A stretch of DNA of 64,000 nucleotides from a virus. Lineage: Duplodnaviria > Heunggongvirae > Uroviricota > Caudoviricetes. The stretch covers positions 38,379 to 102,378 of IMG/VR virus record IMGVR_UViG_3300049919_000267. The stretch is one strand, 5' to 3'. A program made the translations under genes and the position numbers. This document shows, one piece after another, positions 49,622-58,465 of the stretch. Every line of letters starts with the position of its first letter. Position 1 is the first letter of the stretch. Under the pieces are notes generated by a model. The model had not been told where the DNA came from. It saw only the letters and a program-made list of their open reading frames with translations, and made no database searches.

Positions 49622-50059
49622 ATGACATCAGAAAACAAATTATATGCACTGGCAATAAGCATAGTTGCAAAAGCCTTTGAAGATAGATTAGATAAAGGTG
49701 GATTACCTTATTTTCTTCATTGTATGGAAGTTAGTAGAAAACAAATTACAATAAAAAGAAAAATAATAGGCATTCTTCATGATCTTATAGAAGATACTAA
49801 TTGGGATTTTGAAGATTTAAGTAAAGAAGGATTCCCTTTAAGTATTATTATCCCACTTAAATTGTTGACACATGATCCAACCACAAAGACATATGAAGAC
49901 TACATCCGGGACATATCAACAGATGAAGATGCAAGAGCAGTAAAATTAGCTGATCTGATTCATAACTCTAATATTACAAGACTAAAAGGACTTACAAAAT
50001 CAGATTTTGCTAAAATGGAACGATATCATAAAGCATACACATACTTATCAAAAACTTAA
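49622..50059 (+). CDS. HD-domain (p)ppGpp hydrolase, SpoT/Mesh1-like small alarmone hydrolase
   Basis: …LHCMEVSR…GILHDLIEDT…ARAVKLADLIHNSN… contains the HD …HDxxED… and …KLAD(R/L)LHN… motifs of RelA/SpoT-family hydrolase domains. 145 aa, single domain. Confidence 0.7.
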   Translation: MTSENKLYALAISIVAKAFEDRLDKGGLPYFLHCMEVSRKQITIKRKIIGILHDLIEDTNWDFEDLSKEGFPLSIIIPLKLLTHDPTTKTYEDYIRDISTDEDARAVKLADLIHNSNITRLKGLTKSDFAKMERYHKAYTYLSKT

Positions 50060-50068
50060 ACCTTAATT

Positions 50069-50362
50069 ATGCCAGTATATGAATTTGCAATAAAAAAAGA
50101 TGTACTAAACTCAGGAAAAACTATTCATACTCCTGTGTGTAGACTTAGAAGTAGATGGGGAATTAACCTATTTAATAATAAATGGGAAAGAATTACTAAT
50201 ATTTACAATGAGTTTATATTGATGGAATTAGATTTTACACCAGAATTATCTTATAAAGATTGTGAAATACATATTAAAGCATATCAAGAAGCTTTAACAA
50301 AAAAAATTGAGAATCAACTGCAAACTGTTGAATTTCATGATCTTGAAGAAAAAGAAATCTAA
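50069..50362 (+). CDS. Hypothetical protein (97 aa)
   Basis: ORF track. Confidence 0.5.
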   Translation: MPVYEFAIKKDVLNSGKTIHTPVCRLRSRWGINLFNNKWERITNIYNEFILMELDFTPELSYKDCEIHIKAYQEALTKKIENQLQTVEFHDLEEKEI

Positions 50363-50378
50363 TAAATTAAATTATGTC

Positions 50379-50585
50379 ATGACAAAAAAATCACCATCAC
50401 TCAAAAAAAAGGTAATAAAACTTTTTAATTTTGAAGCCTTTACTAGTAAATTTTATCCAAAGGAAAGAGTTATGTCAAAATCAGATCAACATGGATTAAC
50501 TGAAGTTTTTCCATTAAGAATTAAAAGTTACAGTAATAAACATTCACATGCACCATTTGGTTACAGATTCAAACCAGTTCACTAA
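50379..50585 (+). CDS. Small basic hypothetical protein (68 aa); start trimmed to the in-frame ATG after the upstream stop
   Basis: The ORF-track start 50307 overlaps the upstream gene. In-frame ATG at 50379 (MTKKSPSLKKK…). Confidence 0.4.
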   Translation: MTKKSPSLKKKVIKLFNFEAFTSKFYPKERVMSKSDQHGLTEVFPLRIKSYSNKHSHAPFGYRFKPVH

Positions 50586-50606
50586 TATCAATAAAACAAT
50601 AAAATT

Positions 50607-51014
50607 ATGAGCCAGAAAACTCCGGATACGAGAAATAAATTGGATAATAACAAAGGTATTAATACAAGACCAAAAAGAATTATTAAAAAGGGGGAATCTG
50701 TAAACCTTCAAACATTTAAAGAATCAATACACCCTTCTCATGTAAAAGCAAAGAAAGTTTCTAATGGTGAAATTTTTAAAAAAACTCATGGTTTCAGTAA
50801 AACTATGAAAAGATTAATGCAAAAGCATGAAGTTTATACTGTTGCAGAATACAGAGTCTTAATAAAAGCAAGAAAACTTACTGAAAAAAAGGCCAGACAA
50901 AAAAAACATTCTGATTCTGTTGCATACAAGAAACATAACAAAGATAACAAAGGAAAAACAAAAACAACAAAAAGAGGAAAAAACCAAAAAACAAAAACAC
51001 AATCAAAAAAATAA
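50607..51014 (+). CDS. Very Lys-rich basic protein (135 aa), histone-like/nucleic-acid-binding candidate
   Basis: …KKARQKKHSDSVAYKKHNKDNKGKTKTTKRGKNQKTKTQSKK. Confidence 0.55.
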   Translation: MSQKTPDTRNKLDNNKGINTRPKRIIKKGESVNLQTFKESIHPSHVKAKKVSNGEIFKKTHGFSKTMKRLMQKHEVYTVAEYRVLIKARKLTEKKARQKKHSDSVAYKKHNKDNKGKTKTTKRGKNQKTKTQSKK

Positions 51015-51016
51015 GA

Positions 51017-51211
51017 ATGAAGTTAAAAATTTATAAAAACATTAGAGATCCTGATAATCCGAGTAAAATTGTTAAACAAGAAACCTTAAGAATAATTAAT
51101 GTATCCAATGCTTTTTTAGGTATTGGAGAAGGAGGCTCAGTAAACAGAGCTGAATTTGAAAAACTTGCGAATGTTCTTGAACCTTATAATGATGGTATAG
51201 TTATAAGTTAA
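51017..51211 (+). CDS. Small hypothetical protein (64 aa)
   Basis: ORF track. 2-nt gap from the upstream gene. Confidence 0.45.
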   Translation: MKLKIYKNIRDPDNPSKIVKQETLRIINVSNAFLGIGEGGSVNRAEFEKLANVLEPYNDGIVIS

Positions 51212-51344
51212 ATTACTTTTTATGATTAAAAACAACATCTACTAACAGATGTTATTGCCTATGGGTGATCAGTTATTTGTAGTTGTCAATTTTAACTGGT
51301 GATTTAAACATGAAAAAGTCCTGGGGTTAATTCCCCAGGCATTA

Positions 51345-51416
51345 GGCCTGTTGGTAAAGTGGTTAATACGTTAGGTTTTCGACCTAAAATCATGAGTTCG
51401 AATCTCATACAGGCTA
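51345..51416 (+). tRNA. tRNA-Arg (UCG)
   Basis: GGCCTGT / ACAGGCT acceptor stem (G1·U72), anticodon stem TTAGG/CCTAA with loop UUUUCGA, T-arm ATGAG-TTCGAAT-CTCAT. Confidence 0.65.
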
Positions 51417-51433
51417 CTAATAAAATTAAAAAA

Positions 51434-51661
51434 ATGGAAATCAATAATGAAATTGTAGAAAAATATCTTAAAGATCCAAATAATTGTCCATTTTGTGAAA
51501 ACAAGAAAGGGGAAGGATTAAGAGCAGAAAATGATGATATTATCCCAGATAATTCAGCATTATGGAGAAATGTTTCTTGTAAAGATTGTGGCAGAGAATG
51601 GGTAGAAGAATTTGAGTTAACAACTATTAGTAATCTTACAGAATCTAAATTAATATTATGA
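51434..51661 (+). CDS. Small zinc-ribbon protein (75 aa); start trimmed out of tRNA-Arg
   Basis: ATG at 51434 (MEINNEIVEKYLKDPNNCPFCENKKGEG…CKDCGREW…), two CxxC pairs. The ORF-track start 51359 lies inside the tRNA. Confidence 0.5.
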   Translation: MEINNEIVEKYLKDPNNCPFCENKKGEGLRAENDDIIPDNSALWRNVSCKDCGREWVEEFELTTISNLTESKLIL

Positions 51662-51960
51662 CACATTTATTAATACCTATAAAGGATATTGAAGCTGAAA
51701 TAAAGCATAACAGAGAGTATCTGAATAGTTTACAAAGAAATAAGAGAAGTAATGATTCAGATAAACTTGAGCAAAAAACAGAATTTCTGGAAGATTTACT
51801 TACTGGTAAACAAATATCTCTTAATGAAAAAGATATAACTAGAATAAGCTTAAAAATATATCCTGAAAAAGAAGAAATAGATTACGATACAGGGATTATA
51901 TTTGATGGAAATAGAGATTATAGAATAGGTTATAAACAAGCATTAAAAGATTTATTATGA
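51658..51960 (+). CDS. Hypothetical protein (100 aa)
   Basis: ORF track. ATGA overlap with its neighbours. Confidence 0.5.
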   Translation: MTHLLIPIKDIEAEIKHNREYLNSLQRNKRSNDSDKLEQKTEFLEDLLTGKQISLNEKDITRISLKIYPEKEEIDYDTGIIFDGNRDYRIGYKQALKDLL

Positions 51961-52346
51961 AACAAACAATTTATATACCTACTAAAGTAGAAGATGAATT
52001 ACCTGAAGAAGATACATTTTATCTATGTAAAATAGGATTTAATGTTATTAAACAAATAGAGTTGTTTAAAGGAATTTTTATTAATGAAGAAGGTAATGAA
52101 AATATAGATGATGATACTGATATAAAAGATATTACTCCTTATAAATCATCAATTACTGAATGGTTTAAACCAACAGAAGCATATGTATTCACTCCTGAAG
52201 AACTTAAACAACTATTAGAAGAATATACTAATACAATTGTTGAGAATGCTAAAGTAGAATATAAAAAAGACTTATTAACAGGAGAAGTAGATAAAGAATC
52301 AATAACATCTCAATTACCTAAATTTTTAAATGAAATAGGAATATGA
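51957..52346 (+). CDS. Acidic hypothetical protein (129 aa)
   Basis: ORF track. 4-nt overlaps on both sides. Confidence 0.5.
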   Translation: MKQTIYIPTKVEDELPEEDTFYLCKIGFNVIKQIELFKGIFINEEGNENIDDDTDIKDITPYKSSITEWFKPTEAYVFTPEELKQLLEEYTNTIVENAKVEYKKDLLTGEVDKESITSQLPKFLNEIGI

Positions 52347-52582
52347 ATAAGCCAGAAGTTAAAGTAAAAAAATACTTAGATTACTTTGAAATAAAAAATT
52401 ATATTATAGAAAAATATAATTGTGATAAAGATGAGGATAAAACTTGGAATTACATGTGTAATAACCAAGAAGTTAGAAATGATAGTTATGGTTATATTCC
52501 AACAGAAAGTTGTATAAATGAATTTACAAAAGCAGTAAAAGAAGAATTTGGTGAAAATCCTAAAGTTTGGATTTCTTGGTAA
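52343..52582 (+). CDS. Small hypothetical protein (79 aa)
   Basis: ORF track. Confidence 0.45.
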   Translation: MNKPEVKVKKYLDYFEIKNYIIEKYNCDKDEDKTWNYMCNNQEVRNDSYGYIPTESCINEFTKAVKEEFGENPKVWISW

Positions 52583-52617
52583 ATATAACTTCTAGTAATT
52601 AACTTAAAAATAAAATT

Positions 52618-52776
52618 ATGAAACCTTATTTATTTTCATATACTCATGGAATAGGTGATGAATTTCCAATTGCTTATCAATTAGTTTACTCTGATAATGC
52701 TGAAAATGCTTTAATTTTATTAAAATTGAAAATGTATAATAAAATTTATGATATTGAAAATTGTACAATTGAATAA
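52618..52776 (+). CDS. Small ORF (52 aa), not in the ORF track
   Basis: Hand-read: MKPYLFSYTHGIGDEFPIAYQLVYSDNAENALILLKLKMYNKIYDIENCTIE*. Fills the gap between 52582 and 52779. Confidence 0.35.
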   Translation: MKPYLFSYTHGIGDEFPIAYQLVYSDNAENALILLKLKMYNKIYDIENCTIE

Positions 52777-52778
52777 TT

Positions 52779-53129
52779 ATGAAAGAAATAAAATTACATA
52801 ATAATACTTACTTATTTGTAGAAGTACCTTTTGATGCTACAGACTTTTATTACGATAGTTGGTTTACAAGATATGTTAATCATTCTAAAGGTAGTATTAA
52901 GTTTGATGTAAATACTGAAATAATCTCTACAACAAAAGATATTACAGAAGAACAAGCTGAAAGTATTGTTGAAAAAATTTTAGGTTTTGGTACTAAAAAT
53001 CAATATAAAGATTATAAATTAGATGTTAACTTTTCTATTTATTTTACACCCAAAGAATCTCTACAATCACTAATTCAAGCTAATGGATTAGATATTAATA
53101 AAAACTATTTAATACTTAAAAAGATATGA
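52779..53129 (+). CDS. Hypothetical protein (116 aa)
   Basis: ORF track. Confidence 0.5.
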   Translation: MKEIKLHNNTYLFVEVPFDATDFYYDSWFTRYVNHSKGSIKFDVNTEIISTTKDITEEQAESIVEKILGFGTKNQYKDYKLDVNFSIYFTPKESLQSLIQANGLDINKNYLILKKI

Positions 53130-53500
53130 CAATAGAACAAAAAAATATAGCTATAGCTGAAATGCTTGGATGGAGAAGGGGACACAGAGATTTTCCAAAA
53201 GAAAAAAGATGGAAAAATGATTGGTTTGATATAGATGAAATCAGAAGAACAAGAGATGGCTTAGAACCTCTTTTATTTCATTCAAATGCTAATTGGCAAT
53301 TTGAAGCTATAGATTGGATAGAAAAACAAAAGGTTTACATTAGAATTGAAAAACCTATTGGAGAATTATCTTCTTGGTTTGTAAATTTTGATAGTGAACA
53401 TAGTGAAATAAAAGAAGTTCAAGTATTTAATAAAAATAGAAAAGAAGCAATCTTTGAAGCATTATATCAATTTAGTCGATACATAAAAAATAATTTATGA
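53126..53500 (+). CDS. Hypothetical protein (124 aa)
   Basis: ORF track. ATGA overlap. Confidence 0.5.
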   Translation: MTIEQKNIAIAEMLGWRRGHRDFPKEKRWKNDWFDIDEIRRTRDGLEPLLFHSNANWQFEAIDWIEKQKVYIRIEKPIGELSSWFVNFDSEHSEIKEVQVFNKNRKEAIFEALYQFSRYIKNNL

Positions 53501-53895
53501 AACATCTATTTTTACCATATGAATTAGCTTTAATAGCTAAAGAGAAAGGATTTGATGAAGATTGTATAGCAATGTACTTTAAAACTTCTAAAAAACTATC
53601 AATAGATAGTAAAAATCTTTTAAGTAATAAAATTTGTAGTGGAATAACAGCTCCTCTATATCAACAAATAATTGATTGGTTGCTTGAAAAACATCAAATT
53701 AGTATAGAGCCACAAATTAATCCTGATTTAAGATGGATAATAGACTTTGTACCTAATATATTATTAACCCACGAAGGAAGTGGAAATTTTACATTTTTTA
53801 CAGGTTCTAAAAAATTAAATAATGATTATCAAGGTTTTAATACAAAATATGAAGCACTAAACAAAGCAATTGAAGAAGCTTTTAAACTAATATAA
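53497..53895 (+). CDS. Hypothetical protein (132 aa)
   Basis: ORF track. ATGA overlap. Confidence 0.5.
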   Translation: MKHLFLPYELALIAKEKGFDEDCIAMYFKTSKKLSIDSKNLLSNKICSGITAPLYQQIIDWLLEKHQISIEPQINPDLRWIIDFVPNILLTHEGSGNFTFFTGSKKLNNDYQGFNTKYEALNKAIEEAFKLI

Positions 53896-53897
53896 TT

Positions 53898-54314
53898 ATG
53901 AAACATTTTGCTAAATATCTTCCTGTAGAAGGAGAGATAAAAGAAGGTGATACAGTTCTTTTAGCTTCTTGTGATGAAATTTATACTTATGATAAGAAGG
54001 TAGTCACTCTTGTTCCCAGAGATAAAAAAGTAAAACTATTCCTCTGTAGTAGAGATATACAGGTAGGTGATAAAATAAGTATTGAAGGAGTTACTGAGTC
54101 TACTATATATGGAGGACAAAATTTAAGTAGTTCCATAAAAGAAGGTAAAGTTTTCAAAGTAATAGGAGAAATATCACCAGAAGCTACCTGGGTGAAAGAC
54201 GGAGATAAATTTGAAAAATCCGACATAAAAGTTGTTGGATATGGAGAAAATTGGAGTAAACATCAAAATCTTTCTAATATTAAAGTCAAAGGCCCATGTG
54301 GACATTTTCATTAA
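53898..54314 (+). CDS. Hypothetical protein (138 aa)
   Basis: ORF track. Confidence 0.5.
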   Translation: MKHFAKYLPVEGEIKEGDTVLLASCDEIYTYDKKVVTLVPRDKKVKLFLCSRDIQVGDKISIEGVTESTIYGGQNLSSSIKEGKVFKVIGEISPEATWVKDGDKFEKSDIKVVGYGENWSKHQNLSNIKVKGPCGHFH

Positions 54315-54324
54315 AATAATTTAT

Positions 54325-54666
54325 ATGAGTACTTTATTCAAGATTAAACTAACTCAAAAAATTGAAGTAAAAGAATTATTTGGTAGAAGTCTTGTATATA
54401 AAGGACATGAAGTATTAGCAGTACCAAAAGGAGTAATATTAAAAGTTTTAAAATCAGTTTCTAATGAAGGTGATATTATTATGAGAACAAATAATAATCA
54501 AAATCCATTTATTACTCTTTTTGAAAAAAATCCAATTGTTAGGACAATTCCATCAGATGAGTTTGTTTATTGGGGGTCATCAATACAAGAATATATATTT
54601 GAAGTACTTCCTTTTGCTTCAGCACATGATTATATAGATACAAAAAAGTTACCCTTTTCACTATAA
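54325..54666 (+). CDS. Hypothetical protein (about 113 aa); start trimmed to the ATG after the upstream stop
   Basis: The ORF-track start 54232 overlaps the upstream gene. In-frame ATG at 54325 (MSTLFKIKLTQ…). Confidence 0.45.
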   Translation: MSTLFKIKLTQKIEVKELFGRSLVYKGHEVLAVPKGVILKVLKSVSNEGDIIMRTNNNQNPFITLFEKNPIVRTIPSDEFVYWGSSIQEYIFEVLPFASAHDYIDTKKLPFSL

Positions 54667-54675
54667 AAAGGAAGT

Positions 54676-54762
54676 TTTCTATTGGCTGAGAGGATTAAGG
54701 CAAGGGGTATTGAATCCCCTGACTTCGGAAGAAGTCCAAGAGTTCGAATCTCTTATAGAAAA
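54676..54762 (+). tRNA. tRNA-Ser (UGA), type II with a long variable arm
   Basis: TTTCTAT / ATAGAAA acceptor stem, anticodon loop AUUGAAU, variable arm GACTTC-GGAA-GAAGTC, T-arm AAGAG-TTCGAAT-CTCTT. The D-arm is short with a G·U pair. Boundaries are about ±2 nt. Confidence 0.6.
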
Positions 54763-54798
54763 CAAGTTTTGCTGCATTTTCCTTAGAAAAATCAGAGG

Positions 54799-54872
54799 AA
54801 CATATTAGCTCAGTTGGTTAGAGCATCTGATTCATAATCGGAGGGTCATCAGTTCAAATCTGATATATGTAC
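54799..54872 (+). tRNA. tRNA-Met (CAU) with an A1·A72 acceptor-end mismatch
   Basis: D-arm GCTC…GAGC, anticodon stem TCTGA/TCGGA with loop UUCAUAA, T-arm ATCAG-TTCAAAT-CTGAT. Acceptor AACATAT / ATATGTA pairs at 6 of 7 positions, with position 1:72 unpaired. Confidence 0.6.
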
Positions 54873-54905
54873 CGAATTATATTTATCCACTAACAAAAAA
54901 AGTTT

Positions 54906-55277
54906 ATGTCAAAAAAAACTCCATTAGTAACAGCCTCTAAAGCAAAAGCTGTAAAAATTTCTACTGCTAAAAAAACAGTACCAACAGTATTAAACTCAAA
55001 AAAATCCTTTGTAAATCCTAAATTTCCTGTAAAGAGAGTTTCAAGGACAACAATGCTCCGTACAATTGCAGACACAAAAGGTAAGATTTTTACTTCAGTA
55101 CATATTGGTAAAGATGGTCAACCTCATCTCATTAATGGCATCCGGTACAAAAAACAGGATCATGATATGGGATATATTCAGGTATATTCTACAAAAGCCA
55201 GAGAAATGAGATTAATTAATCCTCAGACTCTAACTGATCTGACTTTTAAAGGTGTGCATTACAAAGCCAGAAAATAA
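54906..55277 (+). CDS. Basic hypothetical protein (123 aa)
   Basis: ORF track. Lys/Arg-rich. Confidence 0.5.
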   Translation: MSKKTPLVTASKAKAVKISTAKKTVPTVLNSKKSFVNPKFPVKRVSRTTMLRTIADTKGKIFTSVHIGKDGQPHLINGIRYKKQDHDMGYIQVYSTKAREMRLINPQTLTDLTFKGVHYKARK

Positions 55278-55307
55278 TTGTTAGCCTTCATCAAAGAAAA
55301 GGCCCAG

Positions 55308-55379
55308 ATTCCTGTGGCTTAATTGGTAGAGCATCCCCCTGAAAGGGGAAGGTTGTAGGTTCGAGTCCTACCAGGCATC
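55308..55379 (+). tRNA. tRNA-Phe-like (GAA) with stem mismatches
   Basis: D-arm GCTT…GAGC, anticodon loop CUGAAAG (GAA) on a CCCC/GGGG stem with a C·A mismatch, T-arm GTAGG-TTCGAGT-CCTAC. The acceptor stem has one T·C mismatch. An alternative fold gives a 6-nt anticodon loop. Confidence 0.45.
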
Positions 55380-55414
55380 CTGAATTATTTTTAATATAAA
55401 ACTTCAAATTCAAA

Positions 55415-56062
55415 ATGGAAAAAAATGTAAATGCTCCTGTTAAAAAAGCAACAGGTAACAAAACAACAGAAATTATTATTGGTTCAGCAGCAGTTAAATT
55501 ACAAAATGCTGTAAAATCTGCTTATTCAGCACTGGAAGAAGTAAAAAACCTGGATGTAAAAGCACAGGAAGGAACTCTCAAAGTAAGTGATTTGGAAGAT
55601 AAGATTGGTGGATTAAAACAGGATCTTGAAAACAAGACAGCACAGAACAAAATTGATCTTCAACAAGCTTATGATGCTGATAAAAAAGCATTTGTTGATA
55701 ATTGGTTAAAAGAAAACAATGTAGTAGTTGTTGATGATGCTACTTACAAAAATCTGCAAAATGAACTTGCCAGCATGGAAGTTAAAATGGAAAGTACAGT
55801 TAGAACTGAAGTGGGTAAAGCTGTAGGTATAGAAAAAGCAAATTCTGCCAATGCTTTGAAAATTGCTCAATTGGAAGCTGAAAAGAAAGAAGCTTCTAAT
55901 GTAGCTGAAATCAGTCAGTTAAAAGCTCAAATCATGTTCTTGGAGAAAACTTCAAAATCATGGGAAGATGCTTTAACAGCTGAAAGAGCTGCTGGCATTG
56001 AAAGAGCTAAGGCTTCTTCTATCAACACTCTGAATGTTGGTGGAACCACACAAGGACGTTAA
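55415..56062 (+). CDS. Coiled-coil protein (215 aa)
   Basis: ORF track. Ala/Lys/Glu-rich heptad-like sequence. Followed by two strong hairpins. Confidence 0.55.
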   Translation: MEKNVNAPVKKATGNKTTEIIIGSAAVKLQNAVKSAYSALEEVKNLDVKAQEGTLKVSDLEDKIGGLKQDLENKTAQNKIDLQQAYDADKKAFVDNWLKENNVVVVDDATYKNLQNELASMEVKMESTVRTEVGKAVGIEKANSANALKIAQLEAEKKEASNVAEISQLKAQIMFLEKTSKSWEDALTAERAAGIERAKASSINTLNVGGTTQGR

Positions 56063-56172
56063 TAAAAATCGGTTAGACTTTCTCTTCCAAGAAAAGTCAA
56101 GAAGCCTTCATCTCCCCAGAAGAAAGTGATTTCTTCTGGGGAAGGTGGAGGACATCTTATTAATAAAAAGTA

Positions 56173-56209
56173 AAAACCCCTAAGAATTAATTTACTTAGG
56201 GGTTTTTCT
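56173..56209 (+). terminator. Rho-independent terminator (bidirectional-looking)
   Basis: AAAAACCCCTAAG-loop-CTTAGGGGTTTTT. Preceded at 56114..56141 by a perfect 12-bp hairpin CCCCAGAAGAAA-GTGA-TTTCTTCTGGGG. Confidence 0.65.
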
Positions 56210-56232
56210 TAAGTTTTAAATACTAATTTAAT

Positions 56233-56306
56233 GAATTGGTAGCTCAGTTGAATAGAGCATCAGCCTTCTAAGCTGAGGGTCATAGGTTTGAATCCTATCC
56301 AGTTCA
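56233..56306 (+). tRNA. tRNA-Arg (UCU)
   Basis: GAATTGG / CCAGTTC acceptor stem, D-arm GCTC…GAGC, anticodon stem TCAGC/GCTGA with loop CUUCUAA, T-arm ATAGG-TTTGAAT-CCTAT. Confidence 0.7.
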
Positions 56307-56321
56307 CAAAATAAATAAATC

Positions 56322-56924
56322 ATGTTAGAAATACAAAACTATGAATCTCTTAATTTTACAGATCATCAAATGGAGTTCATGTCTTATGCTAAAAATCATT
56401 ATGTTAAACAGTTAAAAGAAGCACAAGTACCTGAAAATGAATCTACCATTGCTATATTAAGAACTATTGATGAAATAAATACTGAAAATTTAGAAAAAAA
56501 GAAAGATGAAATGATTCCATCATGTAAAAAAGGTTGTGCACATTGTTGCTACATACAAGTTGGAATGACTTTAAGAGAAGCAAATCTTATTAAAGAGTAT
56601 GTAGATACGTTTCATATTCCAGTAGATAAAGAGAAACTTAAAATACAAGCCCAAATTGAAAATGAAAAAGAATATCTTATATCTCCAAATAGGAGATGTG
56701 TATTCTTAGGACAAAATAATCTTTGTACTATTTATGAAGTAAGGCCTTCAGCCTGTAGAAATTACTTTGTGTTTAATCCTAAAGAAGATTGCGATACATT
56801 TAATGATAAAACTACTGGAAAAACTCTGGTAAATTTTGACTTAGAATCAGTTGCACCTATCATGGCTCTTATGAGCATATCTCCAACAAATACATTACCT
56901 AGACAATTATTAAAAATATTATAA
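56322..56924 (+). CDS. YkgJ-family (UPF0153, CxxCxxCC zinc/iron-chelating domain) protein (200 aa)
   Basis: …SCKKGCAHCCY… followed by …RRCVFLGQNNLCTIYEVRPSACRNYF… (family signature C-x-FL…C-x-IY-x-x-RP-x-x-CR-x-[FY]). Confidence 0.6.
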   Translation: MLEIQNYESLNFTDHQMEFMSYAKNHYVKQLKEAQVPENESTIAILRTIDEINTENLEKKKDEMIPSCKKGCAHCCYIQVGMTLREANLIKEYVDTFHIPVDKEKLKIQAQIENEKEYLISPNRRCVFLGQNNLCTIYEVRPSACRNYFVFNPKEDCDTFNDKTTGKTLVNFDLESVAPIMALMSISPTNTLPRQLLKIL

Positions 56925-56941
56925 TACAGTCAGGAATGGAA

Positions 56942-57014
56942 GGGGATATAGCTCAGTTGGTAGAGCATTACACTGATAATGTAAAGGTCAATAGTTCAAA
57001 TCTATTTGTCCCCA
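56942..57014 (+). tRNA. tRNA-Ile (GAU)
   Basis: GGGGATA / TGTCCCC acceptor stem, D-arm GCTC…GAGC, anticodon stem TTACA/TGTAA with loop CUGAUAA, T-arm AATAG-TTCAAAT-CTATT. Confidence 0.75.
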
Positions 57015-57187
57015 CGAATAAGTTAGCTTTGCGCTAAAAGGGGTAGTCTGGTTGGAATCCAGCTTGAAGTGAATCTTCTACCCTTTTTAAATTTTTGTTA
57101 GTTTTGTATTAGTAAAATTTACAGGTAAGGAGATATAAGTAATTGTGTCTATGAACTATTTGTAAATTTTATTTTAAATTTATTAAT

Positions 57188-57406
57188 ATGCTATTTAAAA
57201 TAAAAAAGATCCCTTTTACTGGAGTATTTCATAAAAAAAGCTTTTATGTTAAGGGCAAAAAAGATATTATCTACAAGCTTTATATAAAAAATGATCAAAA
57301 TTATACAAGAACTAGGGAAAACTCAGAAGACCTTTCTGTATTTGATTATCCAGAGTACTACATAAAAGAGAGAATAAAAGCATGTGATTGGATATTAGTA
57401 CACTAA
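57188..57406 (+). CDS. Small hypothetical protein (72 aa)
   Basis: ORF track. Confidence 0.45.
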   Translation: MLFKIKKIPFTGVFHKKSFYVKGKKDIIYKLYIKNDQNYTRTRENSEDLSVFDYPEYYIKERIKACDWILVH

Positions 57407-57420
57407 TTCAATTTAATTTT

Positions 57421-57738
57421 ATGGAAAAAAAGAAACAAGAAGAAAATTCTATTTTTAGTTTTAAAATCAAGTTTGTAAAAAAGAGAAATTATAATAAAGA
57501 TAAAATTGAATTAATTCATGATACTAATGGACATAATAAGTTTTATCATATGAATGTTGAAAGAAAAGAAAGTTCCAGGCCAAGAGTTGTAATTAATTAT
57601 GGAAGAATAAGAAGTGAAATGGTAACTAGCGGAACAACAGAAATAAAAGAATTTAAAAATTTAGATGAATGTTATAAATTTGTAAATAAAAAACTTGAGG
57701 AAAAGACTAATAAAGGGTATAAAAGAATTGAAAATTAA
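57421..57738 (+). CDS. Basic hypothetical protein (about 105 aa); start trimmed
   Basis: The ORF-track start 57388 overlaps the upstream gene. ATG at 57421 (MEKKKQEENS…). Confidence 0.45.
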   Translation: MEKKKQEENSIFSFKIKFVKKRNYNKDKIELIHDTNGHNKFYHMNVERKESSRPRVVINYGRIRSEMVTSGTTEIKEFKNLDECYKFVNKKLEEKTNKGYKRIEN

Positions 57739-57752
57739 TAAAAAAAATCATT

Positions 57753-58226
57753 ATGTTCAAATTCAAAACAAAAAAAGTAACTATTGGAGATTTTGATCCT
57801 GATGATCCATATGAATGGACTTTATTAATCAAACCTCAAATACAAGATGTAACTAACTTTATTCATATCAGAAGATGTTGGAATGTAACAGAAGTTGCAA
57901 AAGATGAAGAAAATGGAATAGATGGAGTATTTAAAGAAAATGTATATGAAATTATTAAAGGTTTTATAAAAGAAGAAAATTATGTAGTTCAACATAGCAT
58001 AAGCCTAAGAAATCCAAGTATTGAATTTGCAAAATCTAAATATGTTGAAATTCTTAAAGATTACATAGAAGACGGTTGGGAAAAAGATTGGAATATGTAT
58101 GAAAATGAGGCTCCTGGTATTCCAAAAACCCCTAGTTATAGAAAATTTAATACACAAGTTTCAACTAAACAACTTAGTCTGTTAAAAAACATGACAAGTA
58201 ATTTAATAAATAAATCACAACCTTAA
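57753..58226 (+). CDS. Hypothetical protein (157 aa)
   Basis: ORF track. Confidence 0.5.
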   Translation: MFKFKTKKVTIGDFDPDDPYEWTLLIKPQIQDVTNFIHIRRCWNVTEVAKDEENGIDGVFKENVYEIIKGFIKEENYVVQHSISLRNPSIEFAKSKYVEILKDYIEDGWEKDWNMYENEAPGIPKTPSYRKFNTQVSTKQLSLLKNMTSNLINKSQP

Positions 58227-58238
58227 TTTAAAAATCTC

Positions 58239-58463
58239 ATGAAATCAAAAGCACAAAAAAGAAAAGAGGCTCTTGAAAGACAAGAAGAACATAAACTTCT
58301 TTCAGCATCTAAAAAGATTCTTAAATTAGATCTTAAACTAGGTGGTGAAAAAGGAGCTAAAAGAGAAAGATCTAAATTAGCTGTAGAGCTTGTAAAAGTT
58401 CCTGAAGTTAAAGAAATCTCAGATCAGAGTAAAAAACACTATCAAAAATCTAAAAAATTATAA
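58239..58463 (+). CDS. Small Lys-rich protein (74 aa)
   Basis: ORF track. Confidence 0.45.
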   Translation: MKSKAQKRKEALERQEEHKLLSASKKILKLDLKLGGEKGAKRERSKLAVELVKVPEVKEISDQSKKHYQKSKKL

Positions 58464-58465
58464 TT

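Noticed and set aside
54799-54872. Initiator tRNA-fMet
   Set aside because: Although the 1:72 pair is unpaired (A·A), the anticodon stem lacks the three consecutive G-C pairs diagnostic of bacterial initiators, so it is called elongator-type Met(CAU) with a caveat.
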